64,000 nucleotides of DNA from Eledone cirrhosa. Its lineage: Eukaryota. Positions within the stretch are counted from its first letter, which is position 1. The number at the start of each line of letters is the position of its first letter. Location of the stretch: contig OZ024740.1 of NCBI GenBank assembly GCA_964016885.1, positions 338,024,001 through 338,088,000 on the forward strand, written 5' to 3'. The notes beneath the pieces were generated by a model, which saw only the letters and a program-made list of their open reading frames with translations, was not told the DNA's origin and did not search any database. Positions 1-12,319 of the stretch are shown here, in pieces. The translations under genes were made by a program, and so were the position numbers.

Positions 1-345
1 CACCAGGTCACTCTCTGTCTGGTTGGAGCTCTGCTCCAGCCACAAGTTTCATCAGTAGCCTGCAGCAAGTTGTCACGTAAGAAATTCCAGTTATTATCTA
101 TGTCATACGTCTCTAAATCGTCTTCTTTTTCGTGATATACATCTTGAAGGGCTTTCCTAAATTTGTATTTTAGTGAAAGGTCTTTTAGCTTCCAGACCCT
201 TCTTCTCCACACCTTCCTGTATGTCTCATTCCATCTCTTGCTTACTGAGATATCGCTAACGACTAACCTATGCTGTGGGGGTACATTCTTCCCCAGGGTA
301 TGCCTTGGTATTAGACACTATCTGCCTGTCCCGCTGCCTAACTAG
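1..345 (-). mobile_element. RTE-clade LINE ORF fragment (end of AP endonuclease domain plus linker), frameshifted, running off the window edge
   Basis: Minus-strand translation reads LVRQRDRQIVSNTKAYPGEECT/PQHRLVVSDIS...WRRRVWKLKD...NWNFLRDNLLQATDETCGW. The PGEEC..QHRLVV, WKLK and W...A.E.CG motifs are typical of RTE elements. It begins abruptly at a (TA)n tract. Confidence 0.8.
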
Positions 346-360
346 TATATATATATACAC

Positions 361-408
<48 letters not shown>

Positions 409-426
409 TTATATAAATATATATAT
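346..426. repeat. (TA)n microsatellite
   Basis: Direct reading of the sequence. Confidence 0.95.
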
Positions 427-517
427 GCTTATGTCACATCACTTAATTGAATTCTTTTTAGTAGAAAACAATAAATAAATAACAAAAAGGGAGAAAAAAA
501 AATTGATGAATGAATAA

Positions 518-550
<33 letters not shown>

Positions 551-947
551 ATAAGTATTAAACAAGACAATGATTAACTGGTTGTTATTGTTGTGTTGGT
601 AGTGTAACAAATATGAATTTAGAAACACAATAATAATATATGTGATGAGGTAATTATAAGATAGAAGATAAAGTCAGCTTTCTCAATGTTTAGCACTGTC
701 TGTTAATGTTTAGAGGAACAAAGTAATGGTTAGATTTTAACAATCAACTACTCATTTATATTGTTTAAAAGTATTACGTGTGAACTTTGGGAATTAGAGG
801 ACATAATTGGTTAAATGAGTTTCTTCCTCTCTGAATTTTATCAATAGGTGATTCGAATGAGATGATATTTTTTGATAATGTCGAAGTAGAATTCAAAATA
901 TAATCCACGGTGAAAGAACAATGTTTTCTAAATAACATTTTTATTAA

Positions 948-1140
948 GGGCGGTGTATTGGCAGTATCGGTAGAGGGTCTGACGCCATGCTTTGATACAT
1001 AGAGTTACGTCCCTTTACGGACTGAGTTCAAATCCCGCCGAGGTTAACTTTGCCTTTCATCCTTACGGGGTCGATAAAATAAAGTACCAGTAATACACTG
1101 CGTAATTCCTGGCCTTGTGCCAAAAGTAGAAACAATTATT
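948..1140 (+). mobile_element. tRNA-derived SINE family A (central gcctttcatcc..ggggtcgataaa..gtaccag domain, Meta-domain-like), full length
   Basis: A-box-like tggcagtatcgg, B-box gagttcaaatc, a conserved core, and a tail ending gccttgtgccaaaagtagaaacaattatt. Near-identical copies at 28810, 32489 and 50003. Confidence 0.85.
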
Positions 1141-1150
1141 ATCATTGTCA

Positions 1151-2740
1151 ACATCAACACTATCATTATTAGTATTACTAACATCAACACAATCATTATT
1201 AGTATTACTAACATCAACACTATCATTATTAGTATTACTAACATCAACACAATCATTATTAGTATTACTAACATCAACACTATCATTATTAGTATTACTA
1301 ACATCAACACAATCATTATTAGTATTACTAACATCAACACTATCATTATTAGTATTACTAACATCAACACAATCATTATTAGTATTACTAACATCAACAC
1401 TATCATTATTAGTATTACTAACATCAACACAATCATTATTAGTATTACTAACATCAACACTATCATTATTAGTATTACTAACATCAACACAATCATTATT
1501 AGTATTACTAACATCAACACTATCATTATTAGTATTACTAACATCAACACTATCATTATTAGTATTACTAACATCAACACTATCATTATTAGTATTACTA
1601 ACATCAACACAATCATTATTAGTATTACTAACATCAACACTATCATTATTAGTATTACTAACATCAACACTATCATTATTAGTATTACTAACATCAACAC
1701 AATCATTATTAGTATTACTAACATCAACACTATCATTATTAGTATTACTAACATCAACACTATCATTATTAGTATTACTAACATCAACACAATCATTATT
1801 AGTATTACTAACATCAACACTATCATTATTAGTATTACTAACATCAACACTATCATTATTAGTATTACTAACATCAACACTATCATTATTAGTATTACTA
1901 ACATCAACACAATCATTATTAGTATTACTAACATCAACACTATCATTATTAGTATTACTATCATCAACACTATCATTATTAGTATTACTATCATCAACAC
2001 CATCATTATTAGTATTACTATCATCAACACTATCATTATTAGTATTACTATCATCAACACAATCATTATTAGTATTACTATCATCAACACCATCATTAGT
2101 AGTATTACTATCATCAACACTATCATTATTAGTATTACTATCATCAACACTATCATTATTAGTATTACTAACATCAACACAATCATTATTAGTATTACTA
2201 TCATCAACACCATCATTATTAGTATTACTATCATCAACACTATCATTATTAGTATTACTAACATCAACACTATCATTATTAGTATTACTAACATCAACAC
2301 TATCATTATTAGTATTACTATCATCAACACTATCATTATTAGTATTACTAACATCAACACAATCATTATTAGTATTACTATCATCAACACCATCATTATT
2401 AGTATTACTATCATCAACACCATCATTATTAGTATTACTATCATCAACACCATCATTATTAGTATTACTATCATCAACACTATCATTATTAGTATTACTA
2501 TCATCAACACTATCATTATTAGTATTACTAACATCAACACTATCATTATTAGTATTACTAACATCAACACTATCATTATTAGTATTACTATCATCAACAC
2601 TATCATTATTAGTATTACTAACATCAACACTATCATTGTAAGTAATACTATCATCAACACCATCATTATTAGTATTACTATCATCAACACCATCATTATT
2701 AGTATTACTATCATCAACACTATCATTATTACTATTATCA
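1151..2740. repeat. 30-bp minisatellite, about 53 units, consensus WCATCAACACHATCATTATTAGTATTACTA, degrading into an (ATY)n microsatellite up to about 2860
   Basis: Exact 30-bp period is visible in the listing. Variation is almost confined to unit positions 1 (a/t) and 11 (t/a/c). Confidence 0.97.
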
Positions 2741-3046
2741 TCATCAATGCTAATATTTTTATTGTTATCTTCATTATTATTATCATCATTATCAATATCA
2801 TTGTCATCATTATTATCGTTATTGTTATCATCGTCATTATTATCATTGTTGTTATCTAATATTTTTATTTTCATTTTATAAAATTTTAACCTATCTATTG
2901 TATAATATCCTTGCCTTTACAATCATTTTTATATAACTTTGTTTATCCAGCTCCAAATGTATCCTATATTTATAATGTTTACTTTACTGTATGTGCCTAG
3001 TTCTTGTGTTTATAAAGAAATCATCACTATTATTATTATTATTGTT

Positions 3047-3167
3047 ACTAGCAGAAAAACCGCCCTTCAGGTGGTTTTCTGCTACCATTTGTAGTGTGCA
3101 TATTGGTATTATATACAAATATATATTCATATAGATATATGTAAATTGAAAAGTAAATTGACAATAT
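3047..3167 (-). mobile_element. Non-autonomous Helitron-like 3' end (hairpin + CTAG|T), copy 1
   Basis: The minus strand ends gcagaaaaccacctgaagggcggtttttctgCTAG-t. About 120 bp are homologous to 6501-6625. Confidence 0.6.
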
Positions 3168-3174
3168 CTTCTTC

Positions 3175-3800
3175 ACCCACTTATTTCTGAGAGGGTCGTG
3201 GGGGCAGAGTCCTTCTTAAACACTCCTTCCAGCGAGTCTGTCAGTAGCAAACATCTCTAACTGATCCAGCTGGATCCCAAAGCATGACCAGCCAACTATC
3301 TTGCTGTTATCCAACTATCTTGCTCAGGGTCTACCTCTGGGTCTCTTGCCGGTTGGTTTTGCCTGTAAAATGTGTCCAGCGATTCTTTACTGAGACATTC
3401 TAACCACATGCTCATAATATTGGAGTTGTGATCTCTCATTTCGGAGAAGTAGCAGCTCTACCAGGAGTGATTCTCTGGGCTCTGAGTTATGCTCTTTATC
3501 GAGTAACGGAGGAATTCCATTTCTGCCATTTTTATTTGCAATTGTATTCTTTTGGTCATTACTCAAGATTCATGATACTTGGTAAGAGTTGGCAGGAATA
3601 CCAGGAAGACAGCGAGTTTGGCTTTTACACCTATCCCCTTTCATCTGATTGCTGAGGCTGGCGCTTTACTGCATCATCTTTTGTCATTCTTGCACTTAAT
3701 TCAGTCTCCTGCATTCCATCACTCATGAACACGGCTCCAAGATACTTGAACTTCTCTAACTGCATCAGTAGGACTCCATTCACATGTATATAAATTTGAG
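3175..3800 (-). mobile_element. Degenerate RTE/Expander-like LINE 3' fragment
   Basis: ORF 3631..3894 contains LMQLEKFKYLGAVFMSDG..E.ELSAR, matching RT subdomain 7/thumb of RTE elements. Decayed C-terminal sequence follows. Confidence 0.7.
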
Positions 3801-3959
3801 GAACTTCTGTCCACCTGTCCATCACGCAATGTGTATATGTGTTTGTGTGAATGTATGTGTGTAAAAGGAAGGAAAGGGATACACACATATACATGTCTCA
3901 CTTAAAAAGAGTGACACACACATCTCTAATTTAAGAATGCCGACAAACTCACGCACGTG

Positions 3960-4680
3960 CACATACAGACACTGTCCTATTACCACTCAAGAGCTTTGGC
4001 CCGGGCAAACATCCCCTCACTTTTGGAACCGTCTGGGTTGTCCTGAATGGATGAGAAACTTGACAGTCTTACTCTGTGCTCCTGGTCAAGAGGCAGGTGC
4101 CTTACCTGGGACATCACAGTTAGTGACTCTTTTGCTCCTTCCCACATTCTGGATGCAGGTAAGGGGGAGAGCTACAGCATCCGCAGCTGAACGAAACAAA
4201 ATCCTAAAATACCGTCTTCTGTCAGCTAACTACATTATCCAGCCTGTGGCATTCGAGACGTTTGGGGAGTCCGGCTACTGACAGCGAGGTTCTTGTCTTC
4301 ACTGGCGGCTCACCAAACAGAGGTAACTGGTGATGCTCATGAGGCCACTTGGTTGTTCCAGCACCTCAGCCTCGCCATCACCCCAGGTAACGCTGCAAGC
4401 GTGTTGGCCTGCCTCAAAAATTATTATAGAGGTTTCCCAGTGCTCCTCGCTATATTGCTATCTTTTGCTCTGGTAGTGGCTCATTTTTCAACCCCTTTCG
4501 TCTGCATTTTGTTCGATGGGGTCTAAGATGTGTGTATTACCTGCTTGTGTATTATTTCTCTTTCTTTTTTTCTTTCCCTTTCCTTTGTATATATTATATT
4601 TGTTAGTGTTTTCGTTCTGTAACCATTATATTAAATGAGTTTTAAAAAAAGAATTAATAAATAAAGAGTTAAATAAATAA
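3960..4680 (+). mobile_element. CRE-like (R2-superfamily) non-LTR retrotransposon 3' fragment with restriction-like endonuclease and 3' UTR
   Basis: Across frameshifts it reads ARANIPSLLEPSGL...WSRGRCLTWDITVSD...ASAAERNKILKY..L...YIIQPVAFETFG...TGDAHEATWLFQHLSLAITPGNAASVL, then a T-rich UTR and an A-rich end. Confidence 0.8.
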
Positions 4681-6320
4681 AATAATGAAATTATTGTATA
4701 AAGTGCTCAGGTGCACTACAACTCGTCAAAGGTGCATGTATAGTACATAGAATAATAAAGAAATGTCAGGGAAGTGTATGAGTCATGATATACATGTGTG
4801 TATGTGTGTCGAGGGGGAACATTAGGTGTAGTGTTGGTGAATCTCGGGAAGCATGGAGGTTTTAAAGGATGCAGTGTCTCGACAGCTAACAACTGATGCA
4901 GGTAGTTTGTTCCATGCTTCAGCAACTCAGAGCGTGAAAAAATGTTTCCGAAAGTCATGGGAACTGTGCTGTTTTCTGACTTTGTGAACATGTCCACGTG
5001 TGTTAGACACATGGAAATCAAAAGGTACTCATGGTTGTTGTTGGCAAGATGGTTAACAATTTTGTGGGTGTTTACCAAGTCAGATGCCAGGCGTCGGAGC
5101 TTCAATGTATCCATGCCCAGAGAAGCAAGGCATTCAGAGAATGGTAGATGCCTGATGGCGGGTATTCGCATGGTTGCACGTCTCTGAACAGTTTGCAGGC
5201 AGTCAATGTTCTGAGCAAGATAGGGGTTCCAGACTGGTGATGCAAATTCTAAGTGTAGCCACACCATAGCCATGTACAGCCATAAATAGATAGCTGGAGA
5301 GCGGCTGACAAAGATCTTGCTGAGTGATGCTAAGACACCCTCAGCCCTCTTGACAATTTTAGAGACGTGCTTCGTCCAACACAAATCGCTGCTGACGGTA
5401 ATGCCCAGGTCACGTTCACAAGAAGACGTCTTGATATTAGTGTTGTGGAGAGAGTATGTGGACGCTGGGTTTTTACTCCCAAAATGCATGGTGGTGCACT
5501 TGTTCACAGCTAGCTTGAGTTGCCAGTCTGAGATCCATTGTTGCATTGTGTCCAGGTCAGACTGCAAGCAAGATCTATAGTGTTCAGGATCTGTCCTTTT
5601 TATCTCAAGGTAAAGCTTGATGTCATCTGCATACTTTAGTACTGTGGTATTCTTTAAGTTGGCATCTATGTCATTAATATATGCCACAAACAAAAGGGGT
5701 CCAAGAACAGATCCCTGTGGTACACCAGATGACATCTCATATGGTGAGGAATGCTGTCCCAGAACCGTGACTACCTCTCTTCGACTGAGAATGAAGGACT
5801 TCAACCAGTTAAAAAAATCATCCTTCACACCCATTGCAGAGAGTGTTGCCATAAGCCTTTTGTGTGGCACAGAATTGAAAGCTTTCGCAAAGTCAAGGTA
5901 AACAACATCCACCCATGAGCCGCCATCAGTGATCCGGGTGATGTCCTCAAGAAACTCGATAAGTTGATCACAGCAGCTGGAGTTGGGGATAAATCCAAAT
6001 TGCGAGGGGCGGATAAGACTGTGAGAGTTCCAGAAGTTCCAAAGTGTTTCTCTGACACAGGATTCCATCAGTTTGGCAATGCAACTAGTAAGACTGACTG
6101 GACGATAGTTCACAGGTGATGTGCGGTCACCCTTTTTGAACAGAGGAATGACACTGGCAATTTTCCACTGTTCTGGAGTAGCACCGTTGTTCAGACAGAA
6201 TTGGAAGAAGCGTGATAGCTGGTGCAGAAGGAAGTACCCACCATGTTTAAGAAGCAGGTACGTAACACCATCAAGACCAGAAGAGGCATGGTTGCATTTA
6301 TTTTTTAGGTGACATCGCAT
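4680..6320 (-). mobile_element. CR1-clade LINE ORF2 (RT domain and C-terminus), 5'-truncated
   Basis: The 534-aa ORF has NYRPVSLTS, YLDFAKAF, GVPQGSVLGPLLF, YADD and ERDLG. After a frameshift it reads TRGH..K...RKHFF..RV...WNKLP, the CR1 C-terminal signature. Confidence 0.92.
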
Positions 6321-6500
6321 CGTTAATAAATAAATAAAACGTTATACTTGTTTTATCCTCCAATCTCCAATTAAACCAAATGCTATCATGACTGTATGTG
6401 TGTGTTTGTGTAAATGTATATGTGTGATGTATGTATGTTTGTGTGAAATTATGTCCGTGAGAATGTATATTTATAAGTTTGTGTTTGCCCGATTATAATT

Positions 6501-6625
6501 ACTAGTAGAAAAACCACCCTTTGGGTGGTTTTCTGCTAGCATGTGTAGAGTGAATATTGATATTATACACAAGTATATATGCATGTAGATATGATACATC
6601 AAATAAAATCGTAATTGACAATATA
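6501..6625 (-). mobile_element. Non-autonomous Helitron-like 3' end, copy 2
   Basis: The minus strand ends gcagaaaaccacccaaagggtggtttttctaCTAG-t. Homologous to 3047-3167. Confidence 0.6.
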
Positions 6626-6895
6626 CACAGAAATTGAACAAAGACTGCGTTACACTGTCTTATGTAATCAGTAACGTAATACATTAAAAAAAGACAATAT
6701 TATATATAAACTGCATTAGGAGAAAATTAGTGACAGAAATATATGAATATTTATTTAAATGATCACTAACCGGAAGTGTTGACATTTGAACATTTTAAAG
6801 AAGTGAATCTTTAAATAAGTAATAACATATATTTAATCAACAGCCACAAAATTTAGTAGATAAATTATGTAATATTCATTCATTATTTATTCAAA

Positions 6896-7010
6896 GTTTA
6901 AATCTCGCCAAGGTTAACTTTGCCTTTCATCCTTTCGGTGTCGATAAAATAAAGTACTAGTAATACACGGGGTAATTGCTGGCCTTGTGCCAAAAGTAGA
7001 AACAATTATT
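6896..7010 (+). mobile_element. SINE family A, 5'-truncated
   Basis: B-box remnant, core and tail match 1027-1140. Confidence 0.8.
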
Positions 7011-7339
7011 TATTCAAAGTAATATAACTTATTTTACTAAGGGGATAAAAAATTGTAAACCATACACAGTCCCGCACTCCTTACTTTATTATAGTTTAGA
7101 TTATTATTATTTCATTAGTCATGCAGTACAGATGGAAAATGCACAGGAATATTTAGTTATCTGACAAGTCACAGCAAGGACCTCAGACAGATCATACTTT
7201 CCTTAAAATGTGTGAAGTACTTAGCAAAACTGATTTTTGTATTACACTAATCTTGCATGGTATCCCTGTCTTTTTGTTCCCTGTATGTGGGCCCTAGTGA
7301 CCAATGAAAAATCATTATTATTATTATTATTATTATTAT

Positions 7340-7545
7340 TGGTGGAGTATCGGACATGCTTTACGGCATAGATTTATGGACCTTTGTATTCTGAGTTCAA
7401 ATCCTGCCAAAGTTAGCCTTGCCTTTCATCCTTACGGGATCACTAAAATAATGTACCAGTAACGCACTGAGGTCGATTTAATTGACTTTTCCCCTCCTCT
7501 TCAAATTACTAGCATTGTGCCTAAATCAGAAACTATTATTATTAG
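7340..7545 (+). mobile_element. SINE family A, older variant
   Basis: ctgagttcaaatcctgcc...gcctttcatccttacggg...gtaccag...ttgtgcctaaatcagaaactattatt. Confidence 0.7.
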
Positions 7546-7899
7546 TAGTAGTATCTTTCAGTAAGCTATTACATGTTTTCATTACAATGTTTTGTCATGT
7601 TTTTGTGTTTAGAATAGGTACACCATATCACAGCATGTTGTAAGAGGAAACAGAAAGGATTGGCACCATGAAGGGCATCCAAGCAGAATATTTTTACTAA
7701 AAAAAGAATCCCTGTGATGAATATGATTATGCCTCTCATTGTGCTTTCAAAGCTAACTCCAATTGTTGTAAGGAAAATAACCTTAAAACGCTTGTGGTGT
7801 TATTGTTATGTAGTATGGGATAAGGTTGCCCCAATTGATCAACAGATCATATTAGCCATTTTACTGATTAATCATTATAGGCTCTTTTTTCTGATTAAT

Positions 7900-8300
7900 T
7901 GGTTTTGATAATTGGCCATTCCTCTGTATTTGTCCCTCAAGGATGTGGGTAGTCAAATTTTGGGCCCTGATGACATGACTAAAATAGTGAAGTTTCCTTT
8001 TCCTTACTGTTTCAACCAACTGTCAATTGGCACCAATCTCTTCCAGGACAGATTAATTTCTTTTGTGAGCTGTCCAACAAATTCTAAGAGCACGCCTATA
8101 GCATGGAATTTCAAATGCACTCAGTTGCTTCAAGTCAGATGCCTTTAAAGTCCATGACTCATAAACCATATAGAGCTACCAGCCACACTAATGTTTTGAT
8201 TACTTTCTTTTTGGTGAACTTTGTAAGAGCTTTATCCTTCCAGAGGTTGCTGAGTGTGCTCACAACTGTTCTTGCAGTTGCAAGTCTCACCATTATTTGC
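7900..8300 (-). mobile_element. Highly degenerate RTE(BovB)-like LINE C-terminal fragment
   Basis: The minus strand retains Y..ESWTLK....L.AFE.....L and ..YFSHVIR-like motifs, with stops and frameshifts. Confidence 0.5.
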
Positions 8301-10169
8301 CAACTTCACTCTGAATGCAGAAAAGGAGATGGACAGATGATATATATGGATGGGAAAGGGTTTGGCAGAATGTACGACAATGGCAAGAAACAGGAAAAGA
8401 TAGAGAGTGCTGGTCCATAAGTCCATGACCTCCAACCCTCAGATATGAGGATGGGATAAGAAGGAAAGAATTGGCCTTTATTGTTTTGGAAAACTATGAG
8501 TCACAGAAATTCAGAAGACACATTTGATTCAACATAAAAAAACATTATTTCCTAGGACATAATCTAAACCCACGAGTGAAGTATGATTTTGTTCCAAGTG
8601 TTTGAATTTGCTGATTTACATAACTGGAAATTACTGGGGACAACACGGGAGGTGTAAATTCATGTCAGCTGAAGGGTGTCAAAGTAGAAGAGATACTTTC
8701 CTACCTTTGTGTGAAGATGTCTATTTAACTGATCTTTCCAAAGGAATTAATTTTAAAATTACAAAGATTCTGATTACATGTTTGTTTAAATGAATTCAAA
8801 ATATTTCCAGTAGTAATAATGATTCCTATTATCTTAATGTGTTCAAACAACAAATTAAATTTAATGATCAAATTTAAGAACCCATAAATTGTAATGTAAA
8901 AGTATGAAAATTTCACCATTTCCATTGTAGGCGTATATTTGTAAAATCAGCCAAATTTTGTTATCATGTACTCTCAAATAGTAGCTCCAAAACTGCGATT
9001 AATTATGAAATATAATAATAATCTACTTATTAATTATAATAAATATTTTCAATATTTTACATTATAGATAATCAACAGCAAATGAATTAATATTGATAAG
9101 ACAAGACCAATTAAATGATAATCTACCAATTTGCTTATTGGTACATTCCTAATATGGAATGTATTTTATGTGTGTAGTTAGTGTTGTGTTGGGACTACAG
9201 ACTAGGCAAACTAGGGGATTACCTCAAGAGCTAAAATCAGAGGGTGTGAAACAAATTCTGAACAACTTTAAGAAAATTTCTTAATCCAAATAAAACTTGA
9301 AAACTTAGTAATACAGGTAAGGACTTTACCATAATAGAAGAGGATGGAAGACAGAAGTGGAGTGAGATGAGTGTAGAGCAGAGAAGACTGTGTGGTGTTA
9401 TGAACTGTCACTTGATTTGCTGTGAAACAACAAATTTTGTCAGATAATAGATTTACTCAATGATATTCACAATCATAAAACTTTAAATTTCTTGTTTCCA
9501 AGTTGTATTTTTGAATTGATATAAAGAAGGTGATGGTTGAAGGAAATTGTGGAAAAACATGGAAAAGAAGGAGATGCACATTGTAAGGCTGGGAGAAGGA
9601 GCACAGTGTGTAGGTGTGGCTTAGGTAACTGAATACTCAGAAGTCAGCCGTGTGTGCAGTACAGAGTAGGGCTATTTTCTCTATGTACTGTATACATTTT
9701 TAAGTCCTTGGGATTTAGTTGTGTAACTGTATTTGCATTAATCCTTCTTAAAGCATCTATTACTATAGGGATTTTTTCAATTTTCAATCCCTCAAATACT
9801 GGTTATCTCTATTTGAAATCTTCATATTTGGATAATTTCTTTATTTTTTTAAAGAGATACATTATCATATGTTGGCACTGACACTTTGGTCAAGAGACAT
9901 CTCCTATCCTGGTTGTCCTTAACAAAAATATCCAACCAATTAGCTTTGACTTCTCTCTTTGTGTGAGTTGGTATATCCCAGAGTGTGGTTGTTTTGTCAT
10001 TCTTCTACTTCACCCACTTATTCCTGAGAGGGTTGTGGGTCCTGTCAGAAGTAACCCTCTCCAACTAATCTGGATGGATCCCCAAGTGAGGCCAGCTAAG
10101 CTCGGGGTTTTCTCATTGTTTGAAATATCTTTTATGTGTGTTTATTCCACCTTATTTCTTTTATGCCAA

Positions 10170-10760
10170 TATTTCATAACACTAGCATCGTTTCTACAGT
10201 TACAATTTGAAACTGTTGGCCTCAATCACAATGACAGTAAGCACTCAGATAGGATAACCTTTTCCAATTCAAGAGTGGTAAATCACTAATCTGGGATGCC
10301 ACATTCTCTGGTGTAAATCTTATCACTTCAACTACAAACCCAGGCACTGCCACCTGTAATGCAGAAGAGCGGAAGATATCCATATATTGGGACTTAAGTG
10401 ATCACTTGATTTTTGTGCCACTCTCTATGAATATCTTTGGTGTACTTGGACTTGAACTACCATTTATCTCTGCAAAGTTGGGAGGAATACATCCAACCGA
10501 GGAAAGAAGCTCTATGAGGTGGGATGGTTGATAGAGTGGGTGTTGCTGGCTGTTCTCCACAGAAATGTGTTCATTATCTTATCTTGTTTGCAGGGAGCAG
10601 CTGAGAAGTACTGCCCAGCCAATATATAGAGTTTTCACCTCTCTCCCCCTTCCTTTTTTATTATCTAAGTTTTCTCTCTTCCCAATTTTTCTCTTTTTTT
10701 TCTCTCTTCCTGTTTATTATTAATACTTCCATTATAGTATATTTCAATTTGCTAATAAAT
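10170..10760 (+). mobile_element. Second CRE-like RLE-domain 3' fragment, more degenerate
   Basis: Reads ETVGLNHNDSKHSDRIT/.FKSGKSLIWDATFSG...PGTATCNAEERKISIY.DLSDHLIFVPLSMNIFGVLG...WL...LAVLHRN, the same motif order as 3960-4420. Confidence 0.7.
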
Positions 10761-11039
10761 ATTTCTTATTTTGGCAAATTCATGCCACTTTCATTTCTAC
10801 TGAACCATGTCAACCCTGTGTATTCTTTTATTCTTTTATTGGTTTCATTTACTAGACAGTAGTCTTGCTGGGGTACTGGCCTGATTTCATCAATCAACCC
10901 TCAGTACATATGTTTTTTCAAGTCCAGGACGTATTTTATTAAACTAAGTTACAGGATATAAACACACACACGCACAAATATATGTATGTAAAAAGTAAAT
11001 AGAAACAACAAAGCAAACAACACAGTACAATAAAGAAAT

Positions 11040-11115
11040 ATATTAGTTTAACGCTTGAAATAATAGAAAAATAGTTTTAATGTTTCGGACACTATTCTTT
11101 CATCAGAAGATAGAA
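11040..11115 (-). other. Penelope-type terminal remnant with a minimal hammerhead-like core
   Basis: Minus strand CTGATGA aagaatagtgtcc GAAAC attaa. Stem II is imperfect. Confidence 0.35.
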
Positions 11116-11219
11116 TGAGAAATAAGAGATGAAATAGAAAGATAAAGAGTAAGAAGAGGAAGGAACGGAAAAAAAAAATTGATGAAAAAAAATCCCACAC
11201 ACACATGCGTATTCAGTCA

Positions 11220-11510
11220 GCCATACTGTGGTGGCAACATGACAAAGTGTCCAGCCCACACTTATTGTGTCTGTGTCATGGGAAAAGGCACCCAATCCAG
11301 ACTGTAAAATAGTCATGCAGGTGTCATGACAAAAATCACCCAGTACTCACTGTAAATAAGGTTGGTGGTAGGAAGGCCATCCAGTTGCAGAAACCAAGCC
11401 AGAATTGGTTCTGTATGAACGAGACATGGTCACCTGACCTGGCATTGCTCACAACAGGATAACTTGTGTAACCTATGCTAGCATGGAAGTATGGACGTTA
11501 AACAGTGATG
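11220..11510 (+). mobile_element. Non-autonomous RTE-tail element with tandem ~45-bp units
   Basis: Repeated tgtcatg..aaaa.cacccag..cactgtaaa units, then ggttggtggtaggaaggccatccag and the RTE tail ending gacgttaaacagtgatgat. Confidence 0.7.
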
Positions 11511-11519
11511 ATATATATA

Positions 11520-11690
11520 TGACTGGCTTCTGCTGTTTCTGTCTACCAAATTTCAGTCGCAAGGCATTGTTTGGAAAACCCGCGACTATAGAAGAAAACA
11601 CTTTCCGAAGTTGCTGTGCAGCAGGACTGATCCCAGAACAATTAGGCTGTGAAGTGATCTCCTAAACAACACAGCTAAGCCTGTGTATAT
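11520..11690 (-). mobile_element. Degenerate CORE-type SINE family C (related copies at about 12955-13110 -, 20390-20530 +, 38015-38170 -, 57060-57230 +)
   Basis: Shared tgt.ttct..tatag...gg..gac.aa.gc.ttgtg.gtgaaatttggtagac.gaaac segment preceded by a tRNA-like head. Confidence 0.55.
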
Positions 11691-12286
11691 TGACTTTTGG
11701 ACACAACTTCACAGTCAGAAAGAAGGCAATTTATTGTTTCTTCTCAACCTCAAAATATTTTGTTATTAGTTTTTATATTCTTTTTTATTATATGCTTTAG
11801 GTAGCTTCATGTGAGAAGGCTTGTATAGTCTTCTCAGATATTGGTTGAATAGCTAATATGAAATCCCCTCTCACCCCACAAAAAAAAAAAAGAATTGTTG
11901 GCCCTATGTCTAAATCAGAAACCATTATTTGGATAGGAAGAATTGGTAGAGTTACGGAAAAAAGGCTTTTTGTTATTTGGGTCCAACTATTTACAATTTG
12001 ATTTCAAATCCTGCCAATGTCAATTTTGTCTTTTATTCTTCCAGGGTTGATAAAATAAAATACCAGTCAAATATGGGAGATTGATTTAATCGTCTTTCCC
12101 CTCCTTAAAACTGCTGGCCTTGTGCCAAAATTAGAAATCATTACTATCATTGCTGATATTGTTATTAATTTCAGATATTTCCATTTTCCATTTAGATTTT
12201 TTTATATAGAGTCACAGATTTAGTCATTTATGCATTGCTGCAGAAATTGTTATTATATCTATATACCCATTGTTGTGGTAACTTAC

Positions 12287-12319
12287 CAACTGTGAAGCAG
12301 ACGTAGAACTATTGTCAGA
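12287..12319 (-). CDS. Candidate 33-nt microexon of the minus-strand host gene
   Basis: Acceptor aactttgtttacttcag, donor gtaagt. Open in phase 0 (SDNSSTSASQL) and in phase 2. No homology support. Confidence 0.25.

Noticed and set aside
1151-2740. CRISPR array
   Set aside because: The 30-bp units are head to tail with no unique spacers, there are no cas genes, and the context is eukaryotic.
1044-2874. Four 500-600 aa ORFs as real genes
   Set aside because: All overlap the same triplet-derived minisatellite. The minus-strand ORFs end inside a SINE and have no convincing splice acceptor.
4716-6320. Active autonomous LINE
   Set aside because: It lacks the endonuclease domain and ORF1 and has a C-terminal frameshift. 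No element in this window is full length.
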